A stretch of DNA of 64,000 bases from Vulcanimicrobiota bacterium (GTDB taxonomy: Bacteria; Vulcanimicrobiota; Xenobia; Xenobiales; JADMJV01), in assembly GCA_050250895.1 (NCBI GenBank), contig JBFWNU010000002.1:1-64000 (forward strand), written 5' to 3'. Positions 9,494 to 18,546 of the stretch are shown in pieces (within the stretch, counting starts at the first letter, position 1; each line of letters begins with the position of its first letter). The position numbers and the translations under genes were made by a program. Under the pieces are notes generated by a model. It saw nothing but the letters and a program-made list of their open reading frames with translations, made no database searches and had not been told where the DNA came from.

Positions 9494-9930
9494 GGCGCAC
9501 GCACATCATCTCCTGTATAGTCGGGATGTCTGTCATTGCTCTTTTCTTTTGTATCACCCGGAGCCGGCCGCGACCTACCTACACACCTAGCCTGTTACGG
9601 GAAATTTACGGCGCCGTCGCCATAGATTATCCCATACAGAACGGAGGTCGATATCCAGTAGAAATGGCTGCGGCATCACAGTTTCTCCATACACAACAAG
9701 CTATCGAGCTTTCCTCCCGGGTAACTTTAAATCGACTCCTGTGTGGGCGGTCCATATCGACGTTAACCGATGAAGAGGAAGCTAAGACGCCTCTTCTAAT
9801 CTTTGACGATTCAGATTCCGCTTCCGAGCGTTTGGTGATATTCGCCAATGGTGTACCGCGCAGGCTCACTCGCAGGGAGCTACAGCAGGCAGTCGCTGAC
9901 CATCGCCTTTCGCTCAAAGCGACGGACTGA
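9490..9930 (+). CDS. Putative membrane-anchored immunity protein of the orphan module
   Basis: Overlaps the toxin stop by 4 nt (ATGA) and has an N-terminal TM segment (IISCIVGMSVIALFFCI). Confidence 0.65.
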   Translation: MRRTHIISCIVGMSVIALFFCITRSRPRPTYTPSLLREIYGAVAIDYPIQNGGRYPVEMAAASQFLHTQQAIELSSRVTLNRLLCGRSISTLTDEEEAKTPLLIFDDSDSASERLVIFANGVPRRLTRRELQQAVADHRLSLKATD

Positions 9931-10028
9931 CTATTCTACCTCGCTGCGCTTCTCATCTCGCGGATCTGCTCGTTTTGGAGTTAGTATTGTTGACTGCTGT
10001 GGCAGAGCTAGCACTATCAACGAAACAG

Positions 10029-10214
10029 AAACGCGCTCCGGGGCGCCGTCGCGCCCTTCGACCGAAGGGCGCTCGACACCGCCGCGGGACGTGAGCAAGG
10101 ACGAGTGACGGTGAAGGGGGTGGGCGTGGCTGAAAGGCGCTCGGGCGCAGTTCTCAGACCACGTCGAACCTGATAGAACTGCGCACGAAACGGGAGTGGC
10201 AAGGCCCACCGGAG
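10029..10214. repeat. 186-bp direct repeat, copy 2
   Basis: Matches 7574-7759, with hairpins at 10051-10072 and 10145-10184. Confidence 0.9.
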
Positions 10215-10439
10215 TCTTGGCTTCAATGCAGGCGCTGGGTTGGCCGGTGGCCAGAGAGTGGCCAGGCTGGTGATCTGGTGGCTTGCGACGACCGCGCTTC
10301 GCGCGGTCATCGCAGGGTGGCCTGGGGCCGACGTCTCAGCGAGCCCCTCCGCCAGATGAGGTCCAAAGCGGGGCCCACTTCGACGTCGGCGGGAAAACGG
10401 TGGCCAGATCGGCTTAGCAAGGCGCCATCGAGCCAGACT

Positions 10440-10700
10440 TCACCCCCGAGGGAGCCACGCTTCGAGGTCTGCGGCCGCTTCCAGAGACCATCTTAACTGG
10501 GAATCCATCTCGCCTACTTCCTGATGAGAGAGTGACTCTCCGCGATCGAGCGAAGCAATGGCCTGATCGACTGCAGCTAACTCCTCCTCGGTGAGGGTGA
10601 CTGATTCCGAGTTGACTCGAAGATACTCAAGATACTTTCCGGCGGCATAGACCTCGCTGTCCGGCAAAGCGTCCACCAGATGAAGAGTCGTCCTGTCCAT
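10440..10700 (-). pseudogene. Addiction-module antitoxin fused to a RelE/ParE toxin N-terminal remnant
   Basis: LVDALPDSE...LTEEELAAVDQAIASLDRGESLSHQEV is antitoxin-like and runs into LRWSLEAAADLEA, which resembles a ParE N-terminus, then stops. Confidence 0.55.
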
Positions 10701-10980
10701 TATGAAGCAGCTCCCGAAGCTTTTCTTTGACCACAAGCGCGTCCAATACCCGCTTGATGAAGGCCTTCTTTTCGTCCGGCAACCTGTCGACCTCTTTGAA
10801 TTGCTGGAGCAGTTCGCGGTCTTCGAAGTTGGCTCTGGCGGCCTCGGCGGTCGAGCCCTCCATCAGATAGTCGCTGCTCACGTTGAGAATGTCCGCCAAG
10901 CGCCTCGACCATGTCTGCCAGCTGGCCCTGAGAGAGGTTCCTTTGCTTGCGCAAATTTTGAGCCGATGGCCGAGAGTGAC
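10700..10980 (-). pseudogene. XRE-family HTH regulator, frameshifted and internally deleted
   Basis: Fragments lie in different frames: TLGHRLK / NLRKQRNLSQGQLADMV / LADILNVSSDYLMEG...DRELLQQFKEVDRLPDEKKAFIKRVLDAL. Confidence 0.7.
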
Positions 10981-11069
10981 CTATTCTTGCGCAACCCCTG
11001 GAACGCCTGAAGCAGCTGGCCGGGCCCGAGCCGCTGCGAACCGAGCCGGCTCCCGAACCCAGGCCAGCG

Positions 11070-11290
11070 CCGAAGCGAATGCTCGAGAGAGTGGCCGGGT
11101 TGCCCGGCGGCTGCTTGAGTGCGATCCGGCTCAGAACTACCTGGCCGCTCGGGGCCTGGGCGACCTGGCTCTGTGGGAGACTTTCGGCCTGGGCTTCTGC
11201 GACGGCTCGCTTCTCAAGATGCTGCCCGAAGAAGGCGGGGCTCGAGCGGCCCTCGAGGAGCTGGGGGTCTTGAACGAGCGTGGCCGCGAC
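11070..11290 (+). pseudogene. DNA primase (DnaG-like) fragment of a mobile element
   Basis: LERVAG / RRLLECDPAQNYLAARGLGDLALWETFGLGFCDGSLLKMLP...LEELGVLNERGR carries the YL..RG and F.LGF motifs. It is frameshifted and truncated, and lies divergent from the XRE gene. Confidence 0.65.
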
Positions 11291-11383
11291 CCCCCCGATG
11301 CTAAGGACCTGTTGGGGCCGCTCGCGGGTTTGCAGAGACTGCGGTGTGGTCACCGGGGAAAAACGACTGGGCCGCCGACGCGA

Positions 11384-11824
11384 TCAACCAGGGTGAAGTT
11401 CGAAGACATCCGCCTGATAGAATCCCGTCCAGAACTCGCCGTCGGTGTTGACTCCCGCGAACGAGGTCACCCGGCCGTTGAGCACGCGGTAGGCCTCCAG
11501 CAGTTCCACCCCCTGGGGCGGTTGCAGCGTCAGTCGTTGCCGCACCCGGCCATAGAGCCGCCCGAATTCGACCGCGTCCAGTCTCTCGGCCAGGGCTTGA
11601 AAGGCCAACCCCTCGAACGCCTCGGTGCTGCGCCGGGTATCCTCCAAGAAGCGCCACAAAGTTGCCAGCCAAAAGGCAGCCAAACCTCCGTCCTTGCTAC
11701 GGGTGGGCATGGCTTCAAACTCTACTACCAGGTCGGGGCCGGCCGGGCGCCGAGCCGCTCTAAGCTCGGCGTCATCTTGAGCCTCGAAGATATCCAGCTG
11801 TTCCAGCAGATCCTGATCGCGCAT
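11384..11824 (-). CDS. Hypothetical protein
   Basis: 146-aa ORF with an ATG start and plausible composition; no motif recognised. Confidence 0.4.
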   Translation of the reverse strand: MRDQDLLEQLDIFEAQDDAELRAARRPAGPDLVVEFEAMPTRSKDGGLAAFWLATLWRFLEDTRRSTEAFEGLAFQALAERLDAVEFGRLYGRVRQRLTLQPPQGVELLEAYRVLNGRVTSFAGVNTDGEFWTGFYQADVFELHPG

Positions 11825-11955
11825 AGGCTGATCTTTCCAGGCCCTGGCTCACCTTCCCCCCGAAATGTCCGGTTTCGCGCACTCAAAACCATAGGCACTT
11901 TTGAGTTTACAACTTGTTCCACAGGAGTCGCCCCCTCGACCCGGTAGAAACGGCG

Positions 11956-12522
11956 ATGCGATACGCTCAATTCCTCCAGGCCCTCGAACAGCGGCCGCTC
12001 TATGACCGAACTCACTTCCGGGTCGATGACCGCCAGCTCCAGCGATGGGTTCGCTCGGGACGGCTCCTGCGGCTGCGTCGCGGCCTGTATCTAGTGAGTG
12101 AGCGCCAGGCGACCGCCGTAGAGATCGCCAATAGCCTGGTGCCGCAATCCTACGTCAGCGGGCTGAGCGCACTGGCGCTCCACGGTTACGTCGCACCGCC
12201 GCAAGGCGTCATCAGCGTGACCCGCCAGCGACCACGGCGATTTGATACGCCGTTAGGACAGTTCTCGTTTCACCGGCTGGCCGACCCCGGTCTCATCGGC
12301 TCGGTAGTGGAGGGTGTGGCTTCGCCCGAGCGCGCCCTGCTCGACCATTTTCGACTCACCCCTGGCCTCGTAACGCTGCCCCTGGCCGGGGCCGACAGGC
12401 TCGACTACGACCATCTGCTAGCCAACTTCAGGGGCCTGCCGCAAAGGCTTCGCCGCCTGGTCGGACGCACTCTGAATCGCTGTCGCCGCGACCGGTTCAG
12501 AGCCAGGAAGAAGCTATTCTAA
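11956..12522 (+). CDS. AbiEi-like (type IV toxin-antitoxin) antitoxin / wHTH protein
   Basis: Motifs LQRWVRSGRLLRLRRGLY, SYVSGLSALALHG, SVT...RRFDTPLGQF and ASPERALLD. Confidence 0.75.
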   Translation: MRYAQFLQALEQRPLYDRTHFRVDDRQLQRWVRSGRLLRLRRGLYLVSERQATAVEIANSLVPQSYVSGLSALALHGYVAPPQGVISVTRQRPRRFDTPLGQFSFHRLADPGLIGSVVEGVASPERALLDHFRLTPGLVTLPLAGADRLDYDHLLANFRGLPQRLRRLVGRTLNRCRRDRFRARKKLF

Positions 12523-15318
12523 TTGGGTGTGGCGGGCGATGGTATGAAGCAGCGACTCGAGCGGCACCGGCTTGATCAAGAAATCGCACATGCCGACCTC
12601 GAGGGCCTGCTCTCGATAGTGGTCCTCACCGTGGGCCGTCAAGGCGATAATAGGCCAGTTCACGCCGCGCTCTTGTTTGAGAATGCGAGTCAAGCCGATG
12701 CCGTCGAGCCCGGGCATTTGCAGGTCGAACAACCCCAGCTCGAAAGGCTCGCCCTCGAGCAAGCTGAGCGCTTGTAAGCCGTCGGCGGCCGCCTCGACAT
12801 GGTGGCCAGAGTTTTCGAGCATGCGGGTGATCACGCTGCGATTGATGGGATTGTCCTCGACCAGCAGAATCCGCAGCCCCGGCCTGGGCACCAGAGCCTG
12901 ATCGGGATTCGGCTCGGTCTCTGGCAACTGCAGCTCGAAGGCAAAACAGGAGCCTTTCCGGTGTTCGCTTTCGACCTGCAGGCGACTGTCCATCAGCTCC
13001 AGCAACTCGGCGCAGATTGACAGTCCCAGGCCGGCTCCACCGGCGTTGCGGGCCAGCGAGTCGTCGAGCTGAGTGAACGGTTCGAGGATCGACTCGAGCT
13101 GGTCGGTGGGAATGCCCACCCCGGTGTCTTCCACCTCGAACCGCAAGCCCGCTCCGGCCATCGCCCGCACCGTCACCGAACCCTCGGGAGTGAACTTCAG
13201 GGCGTTTTGGGCCAGGTTCAGGAGCACGTGGCGGATGCGTGCTTCGTCACCCAGGTAGTGCCGCCCGCGCAGCTCGCCGTCGACCTCGAAGCGCAGCTCG
13301 ACCTGGCGACTGCGGGCGAACGCCTCGAGGCTGGCGGACAGATCCGCGATCAAGTCGCCCAGTTTAAACACGTTTGGACGGAGGGTCAGCTTGCCCGCCT
13401 CGAGCCGCGAAAATTCCAGCAGGTCGGCCAGCAACGAGTCAAGCGATCGAGCGGCCCGGTGAATGGCCGCCAGCGAGCGACGCATCTCGTCGGGTCCCTC
13501 GCGTTCAGCCAGTTGGGAAAGTCCGAGAATTCCTACCATCGGAGTGCGCAGCTCGTGACTCAGGTTGGCCAGGAAGCGACTCTTGACCAGGTTTGCCTGC
13601 TGGGCTTCGCTGACCGCTAGTTGAAGCTCTCGGTTTCGCTCTTCGACACGCTCCTCGAGCTGTCGGTTGTGGCGGCGCAATTCCTGCGCGAGGGCCTGCC
13701 GGGTTTGGGCCGCGGCCAGCAGCGAACGCACCCGGGTGACCAGTTCGGTGGGGTGAAAGGGCTTGAATAGATACTCATCAGCTCCCGCTTCCCACCCCTT
13801 GAGCAGGGCTTCGCGGTGGGTCAGTGCGGTGACCATCACCACCTGAGTCTCGCGCAACTCCGGATCGGCCTTGATGGCCCGGCACAGGCTGAAGCCGTCG
13901 CGGCCGGGCATCATGACATCGGTCAACACCACCTCGGGGCGCCAGGCCCGCACTTCGGCCTCGGCCTCCACTCCGTCGCGGCACAGCCTGACTTCGGCCA
14001 AGCCCTGCAACAGTAATCGCAAGTAGTGGCCCAGCTCCGGGTTGTCCTCAGCCACCAGCACCCGGCCGCTGGCGCCGTTGGTAACCGCTACGGCGCTGGG
14101 TTCGACCGCTTCCCAACTGGCCAGTTTGGCACTGGCGACGGTAATGGATTGGCCCTTCTCCTCGGTGCGCGGGGCCAACAAGCGCACGGTGAAGGTGCTG
14201 CCCTGGCCCGCGGCGCTACGCAGGCCGACCTGACCGCCCAATACGCTGGCGAACTCCTTCACCAGGGCCAGACCCAGCCCGGTGCCGCCCTGCCGTCGCG
14301 TCACTCCGCCGTCGACCATGTGGAACCGTTCAAACAGATGAGCCTGCTGCTCGACCGGTATACCCGGACCATCGTCGCTCACGGTCAAGATCAGGTTCGG
14401 TTCGGCGTAGTTTAACTCGACCTTCACGTGTCCGCCCGAGGGGGTGAACTTGAAGGCGTTCGAGAGCAGGTTGAACACGATTCGCTCGAAGAGATAGCGA
14501 TCAAGCAAGACACTGTCATCACTGCCGGCTCGCACCTCGAACTCCACCTTCTGGCGTTGGGCCAGCAGGCGAAAATCGTTGCTCAGCCGCTCGAGCATCT
14601 CGGCTACCGGAGTCGGCTCGCGGTGGATCTCGAGTTTGCCTGCCGACACCTTCGAGAAGTCGAGCAGGGCGTTCACCTGCTCGAGCAGACGCAAGGCGTT
14701 GTTCTGGCTGGTCAGAAGTGCGTTGCTCACATAATCGGGCTGGTCCGAGCTGAGCAGATGTTCGATGGGAGCCAGAATCAAGGTCAAGGGGGTTCTTAGC
14801 TCATGCGAGACGTTAGCCAGAAATTCGTCCTTGAGACGCTCGTTGGCCCTGAGTTCCTGGTTGCTACGAGAGAGCTTCCTCTGGGCCTGCTCCTTTTCGG
14901 AAATCTCATGCTGCAGCGCTTCGTTGAGCGCCTCGAGTTCGGCCGGCGAGCGCAGGGCCAACGCCGCCGGCAGGATACGCACCAGGGCTACCACGGCCGC
15001 CCACGAGGCGATCGCGGTGGCCAGCTTGACCCAGCCAGCCAACCGGTAGATCGGATAGTAGAACAAGATGATCTCCATTACGTGGGTGGCCCCACAGGTC
15101 AAAATGAAGGCTGCGAAGACCCACGATATCCAGGACATCGGCAAGTCCCGCCGCCGACGGGCGAAGACCAGCAGCAGGATGGGAATCGAGACATAGGCCA
15201 GCGCGATGAGAAAATCCGAGACATTGTTGAGCAAGATCTCGCCCTGCGTCCATTGACCGCACACCGCCCTGGGCACGAAACCCGTTGGGTCCATGACGTG
15301 ATGAAGACTACAATCCAT
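12514..15318 (-). CDS. Hybrid histidine kinase with ethylene-receptor-like sensor (EBD-HisKA-HATPase-REC-HisKA-HATPase-REC)
   Basis: Sensor motifs SDFLIALAYVSIP and FILTCGATH, two SHELRTP H-boxes, two G-box sets and two receivers (DVMMP, DLQMP). The start may be 15294. Confidence 0.9.
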   Translation of the reverse strand: MDCSLHHVMDPTGFVPRAVCGQWTQGEILLNNVSDFLIALAYVSIPILLLVFARRRRDLPMSWISWVFAAFILTCGATHVMEIILFYYPIYRLAGWVKLATAIASWAAVVALVRILPAALALRSPAELEALNEALQHEISEKEQAQRKLSRSNQELRANERLKDEFLANVSHELRTPLTLILAPIEHLLSSDQPDYVSNALLTSQNNALRLLEQVNALLDFSKVSAGKLEIHREPTPVAEMLERLSNDFRLLAQRQKVEFEVRAGSDDSVLLDRYLFERIVFNLLSNAFKFTPSGGHVKVELNYAEPNLILTVSDDGPGIPVEQQAHLFERFHMVDGGVTRRQGGTGLGLALVKEFASVLGGQVGLRSAAGQGSTFTVRLLAPRTEEKGQSITVASAKLASWEAVEPSAVAVTNGASGRVLVAEDNPELGHYLRLLLQGLAEVRLCRDGVEAEAEVRAWRPEVVLTDVMMPGRDGFSLCRAIKADPELRETQVVMVTALTHREALLKGWEAGADEYLFKPFHPTELVTRVRSLLAAAQTRQALAQELRRHNRQLEERVEERNRELQLAVSEAQQANLVKSRFLANLSHELRTPMVGILGLSQLAEREGPDEMRRSLAAIHRAARSLDSLLADLLEFSRLEAGKLTLRPNVFKLGDLIADLSASLEAFARSRQVELRFEVDGELRGRHYLGDEARIRHVLLNLAQNALKFTPEGSVTVRAMAGAGLRFEVEDTGVGIPTDQLESILEPFTQLDDSLARNAGGAGLGLSICAELLELMDSRLQVESEHRKGSCFAFELQLPETEPNPDQALVPRPGLRILLVEDNPINRSVITRMLENSGHHVEAAADGLQALSLLEGEPFELGLFDLQMPGLDGIGLTRILKQERGVNWPIIALTAHGEDHYREQALEVGMCDFLIKPVPLESLLHTIARHTQLE

Positions 15319-15413
15319 CCCTGGCTTTTAATCGCCCCCCCCGGTCGGGCCTGCATCCGGGCGGATAAGCGCCGGTTCAGTCTCTTTTCAGAGCCCTTCC
15401 CCACAATAGGGCC

Positions 15414-17363
15414 ATGAGGGTCCAGGCTGCGCCAAACCGCGCCCGCGTGCGCCAACTTGCCCAGGAGGGTCGCCACCGCCAGGGTGGTCAGACCTTTGAG
15501 CACGCCCGTCAGGTCGGTCAGAACTACCTTGCCGCCATCGCCCGCGAAGCGGCCGGCAGTGCCGACGGCATCGTGGCCGAAGTGGCCAACACCGCCTCCG
15601 CCCAGCGGCTCTATCCCGAGAGCGCCTATCAGACCCAGAATATCGCCCTGGGAGCCCTGGCCGACGGGGTAGGGGGTAACATCGGCCCGACCCTGGCCTG
15701 GGTCGGCTACAACGCCATGCACAAGACCATCTGGCATCAAGCGTCCGAAGCCTATTCCGACGGACGTCACGTGGGTGCGTCTTTCCTCGACGGCATCACC
15801 AGCCACAGCCTCCACTACGAAGAACGTTTGCTGGCCAATACTGCCCGTCAGGCGTCGGCCGTCAAGCTCTTTCACGAGACAGCTTTTCGAGCCGAGGCCA
15901 TTGCGCTTGATACCATCACCAAAGGCGTGGTCGGCCAGAACACCGATCGGTTGCTAGCCCAGTTTGGCCGCGCCGCTCGCATGAAGTCGCGCAACAACGA
16001 AGACGCTCGCAACCTGATCTACCCCGTCCTCAACACCCTGGCCCAGTCCAGCGACTCGCGGGTGGCCGCCCTGGGCGATGTGGGAGCCAAAGCCAGCGGA
16101 GCCTACCTCTACCAGGATGCCGGTAGCCTGGCCCAGGACGTGGCTCTGGCCAAGGTGCTCGAGAGCCCGGTCGGGTCCACTCCCGAGGCCGACCTGGCCG
16201 ACTATGGCCGGCGAGCCCTCGATCAGTGCAGCCGGGCTCAAGACCAGCGTCACATCGGCCACGAAGTCCTGCGCGGCATCGCCCGCCACGCTAACGACCC
16301 GGCCCGCCGCTGGCTGGCCCGGGTAGCCGACAATGCCACCTGTCCGCGCCTTTACGACCGCAGCGCCGCCGGAGCCCACTACGAAGCGTTCGACCTCCTC
16401 TCTAAAAACGAGACCGAGGCCGACAAGCTGGGCAGTCGCTTCGGTCTGGCCGTGCTCGGCCGCAGCGATGCCGCCGACGACAAGCGAACCATCGTGGCCA
16501 AAGTGCTGGAGGCCCTCACCCAAGAAGAGCGAGACCCGGTCAAGAAGAACGTGCTCGAGACCGCTCACCGGCTGTCGCTACAAGCAGCCACCTCGGTCGG
16601 ACTGGGCCTGCAGAAGTTCGCTTTCGACTTCGTGCTCAACGCTCCCGAGACGCCGGCCGGCCAGCTCGGTGGAGCCGACGAAGTCGACCCCGAGGTCCTC
16701 CAAAAGCGGCTGGCCTTCAACACCTCGGTGCAAGACACCCTGCGCGCCCAAACCGATAAGAATCAGCAAGAAGTGCTCAGCAAGCAACTGCGCATGGGGC
16801 AGCTGGCCGACGGGTTCAACCCGCTGGTGCCCCAGGATCATCGCCTGGCCAAGCACATCAAGATTGCCGGAATCACCCAGCTGGTGGGAATGGGCGCGGC
16901 CGCCGCCGGCCTCTTCGCCCGCACTCTTTCGCCCGAACTCGGCCTCGGCCTGATGGCCGTCGGAGGCATCAGCGCCGCCGGCTCCTGGCTCTACAAGAAC
17001 AACGCCCAGGCCAAGCGCAAGCAGGTCCTCGACCAGTACTGGCCGCTGCGCAAGCAGTATGACCAGCTCGACGGCGAGCAGCAGGCCGGCCAGTCGGCCG
17101 TGGCCGCTCTCAAGACCATGGCCGACCAGCTCACCCCCGCCATCGAGCGCGACCAGCGCTCGCTCGAGGTGATCAAGCTAGCGCAGACCGGCGACACCGC
17201 GACTTTTGACATCGATATCGACCCCGATGCCGTCACCATCGGCGACTTCACCATCTTCACCGATGATGGCGCTCAGGATGACCCGGCCCCGGCCCGCTCG
17301 GGCCGGGCCAAAAGCGAACGCAGCCCCCTGCCCGACCAGGCCGCCGGAACTCCTTCCAACTAG
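15414..17363 (+). CDS. Hypothetical helical-repeat protein with a C-terminal hydrophobic hairpin and coiled coils
   Basis: 649-aa ORF with typical codon bias, ~80-aa internal repeats and the hydrophobic stretch IAGITQLVGMGAAAAGLF...LGLGLMAVGGISAAGSWLY. Confidence 0.75.
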   Translation: MRVQAAPNRARVRQLAQEGRHRQGGQTFEHARQVGQNYLAAIAREAAGSADGIVAEVANTASAQRLYPESAYQTQNIALGALADGVGGNIGPTLAWVGYNAMHKTIWHQASEAYSDGRHVGASFLDGITSHSLHYEERLLANTARQASAVKLFHETAFRAEAIALDTITKGVVGQNTDRLLAQFGRAARMKSRNNEDARNLIYPVLNTLAQSSDSRVAALGDVGAKASGAYLYQDAGSLAQDVALAKVLESPVGSTPEADLADYGRRALDQCSRAQDQRHIGHEVLRGIARHANDPARRWLARVADNATCPRLYDRSAAGAHYEAFDLLSKNETEADKLGSRFGLAVLGRSDAADDKRTIVAKVLEALTQEERDPVKKNVLETAHRLSLQAATSVGLGLQKFAFDFVLNAPETPAGQLGGADEVDPEVLQKRLAFNTSVQDTLRAQTDKNQQEVLSKQLRMGQLADGFNPLVPQDHRLAKHIKIAGITQLVGMGAAAAGLFARTLSPELGLGLMAVGGISAAGSWLYKNNAQAKRKQVLDQYWPLRKQYDQLDGEQQAGQSAVAALKTMADQLTPAIERDQRSLEVIKLAQTGDTATFDIDIDPDAVTIGDFTIFTDDGAQDDPAPARSGRAKSERSPLPDQAAGTPSN

Positions 17364-18106
17364 TATCGAGCCGCCGAGCGGAACTTGATGGCGTAGTAGT
17401 CGGGGTGACGCTGGCCCGAGTGCAGCAGTTTCAGCTCCACCTCGAGCAAGCGGGTGTTGTCGTGCGGGTCGCCCCGCCGTGGATTGCGGGTGGTGAGGTA
17501 CTCCGCTCCACCCGACCCCCCCTGGCGAGCCACGAACTGGGCCCGAAAGCCACCGAAGGCATCGGTCACCACCGACCCCTCCGGGCCGACCCCTTCGACG
17601 GTCTGCTCGGGCGCCAGCACATGGCTCAACAGCACCCGGCGGTGAGCGGCTTCGGCCAGCGTTCCGGGCAGCATGTCCGCAAAGGCCGGCAGGTAGTTCT
17701 TGTTCGGCATGTTGCGCTCCCAGCGCACCAGGTCTCCGGTCTGCTCCCCGTTGGTCTCCAGCGTGTAAAAGACGAACTTGTCCCAGCGCGGAGCGCCCCA
17801 GGGATTGACCAGCAACTGGTTCTTGAGAGCCGGGTCGTAGGCCCGGGCCGAGACCAACGACAAACCGGGCGCTTCGCTTGAAATGTCGGCGTTGGGATAG
17901 ACCTGAATCGAGGTCAAAGCCGTCTCGTTGATATCGCGACGCAGCCAGGAGATGGCCGTCTCGGTCGAGCCGCTTACCAGGTACGACGACGAAGTGGCCT
18001 GGCGGGTGCTATTGCTGAGTTTGATGACCGAAGCCAGAATCACCCCGGCCACCAGAGCCAGGCCGGCATAGATCAAAATCTCGGTCAAGGTGAATGCTCT
18101 TTTCAT
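17360..18106 (-). CDS. Prepilin-type N-terminal protein (PilW/PulJ-like)
   Basis: Class III signal peptide MKRAFTLTEILIYAGLALVAG. Confidence 0.8.
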   Translation of the reverse strand: MKRAFTLTEILIYAGLALVAGVILASVIKLSNSTRQATSSSYLVSGSTETAISWLRRDINETALTSIQVYPNADISSEAPGLSLVSARAYDPALKNQLLVNPWGAPRWDKFVFYTLETNGEQTGDLVRWERNMPNKNYLPAFADMLPGTLAEAAHRRVLLSHVLAPEQTVEGVGPEGSVVTDAFGGFRAQFVARQGGSGGAEYLTTRNPRRGDPHDNTRLLEVELKLLHSGQRHPDYYAIKFRSAARY

Positions 18107-18108
18107 GG

Positions 18109-18546
18109 CTACCTCCAGACCGGAACCCGAACCTCGAGTTCCTTGTTTTCGAGCAGCAGTTCCTCGACCTGATCGTCGCCGACTCCCTCTTTCCAGGTCA
18201 CTTTTACCGTGACCACGTCCGAGTTGCCGGCGGTCTGACCGACGCAGCTGCCGTTTTCGTAGGTGACGGTCTTGTGAAAGACCATCTGTTGCTGGCGGCC
18301 GGCCACCCAAACGGTGACCGGCTGCTCGGTCTCTTCGGCCCACCAGCGCGGCTCGGGGTCGCCGAAGGTGTGCGTCTCGATGTCGTCCATCAGGCTGTTG
18401 GCGATCAGCATGGCCACGCTGCGATTGCGGCTTTGTAGCGCATGTTGGCTGCTGGTGCTAAACACCGACAGCATCACCAGGAGCGAGATACAGATCAAGG
18501 CTAGCGCCAGGCTCACCTCGATGATGGTAAATGCGCGGTTCTTCAT
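18109..18546 (-). CDS. Prepilin-type protein (PilV/PulI-like)
   Basis: N-terminus MKNRAFTIIEVSLALALICISLLVMLSVF and C-terminal VTVKVTW. Confidence 0.8.
   Translation of the reverse strand: MKNRAFTIIEVSLALALICISLLVMLSVFSTSSQHALQSRNRSVAMLIANSLMDDIETHTFGDPEPRWWAEETEQPVTVWVAGRQQQMVFHKTVTYENGSCVGQTAGNSDVVTVKVTWKEGVGDDQVEELLLENKELEVRVPVWR

Noticed and set aside
7574-10214. Class-type integron interpretation of the repeats
   Set aside because: No IntI-specific features can be seen in the remnant and no clear attC R-box pair; kept only as a generic recombination-site hypothesis.
10883-11947. 354-aa plus-strand ORF
   Set aside because: Only ~65 aa are primase-like; the rest is read-through antisense to other ORFs.
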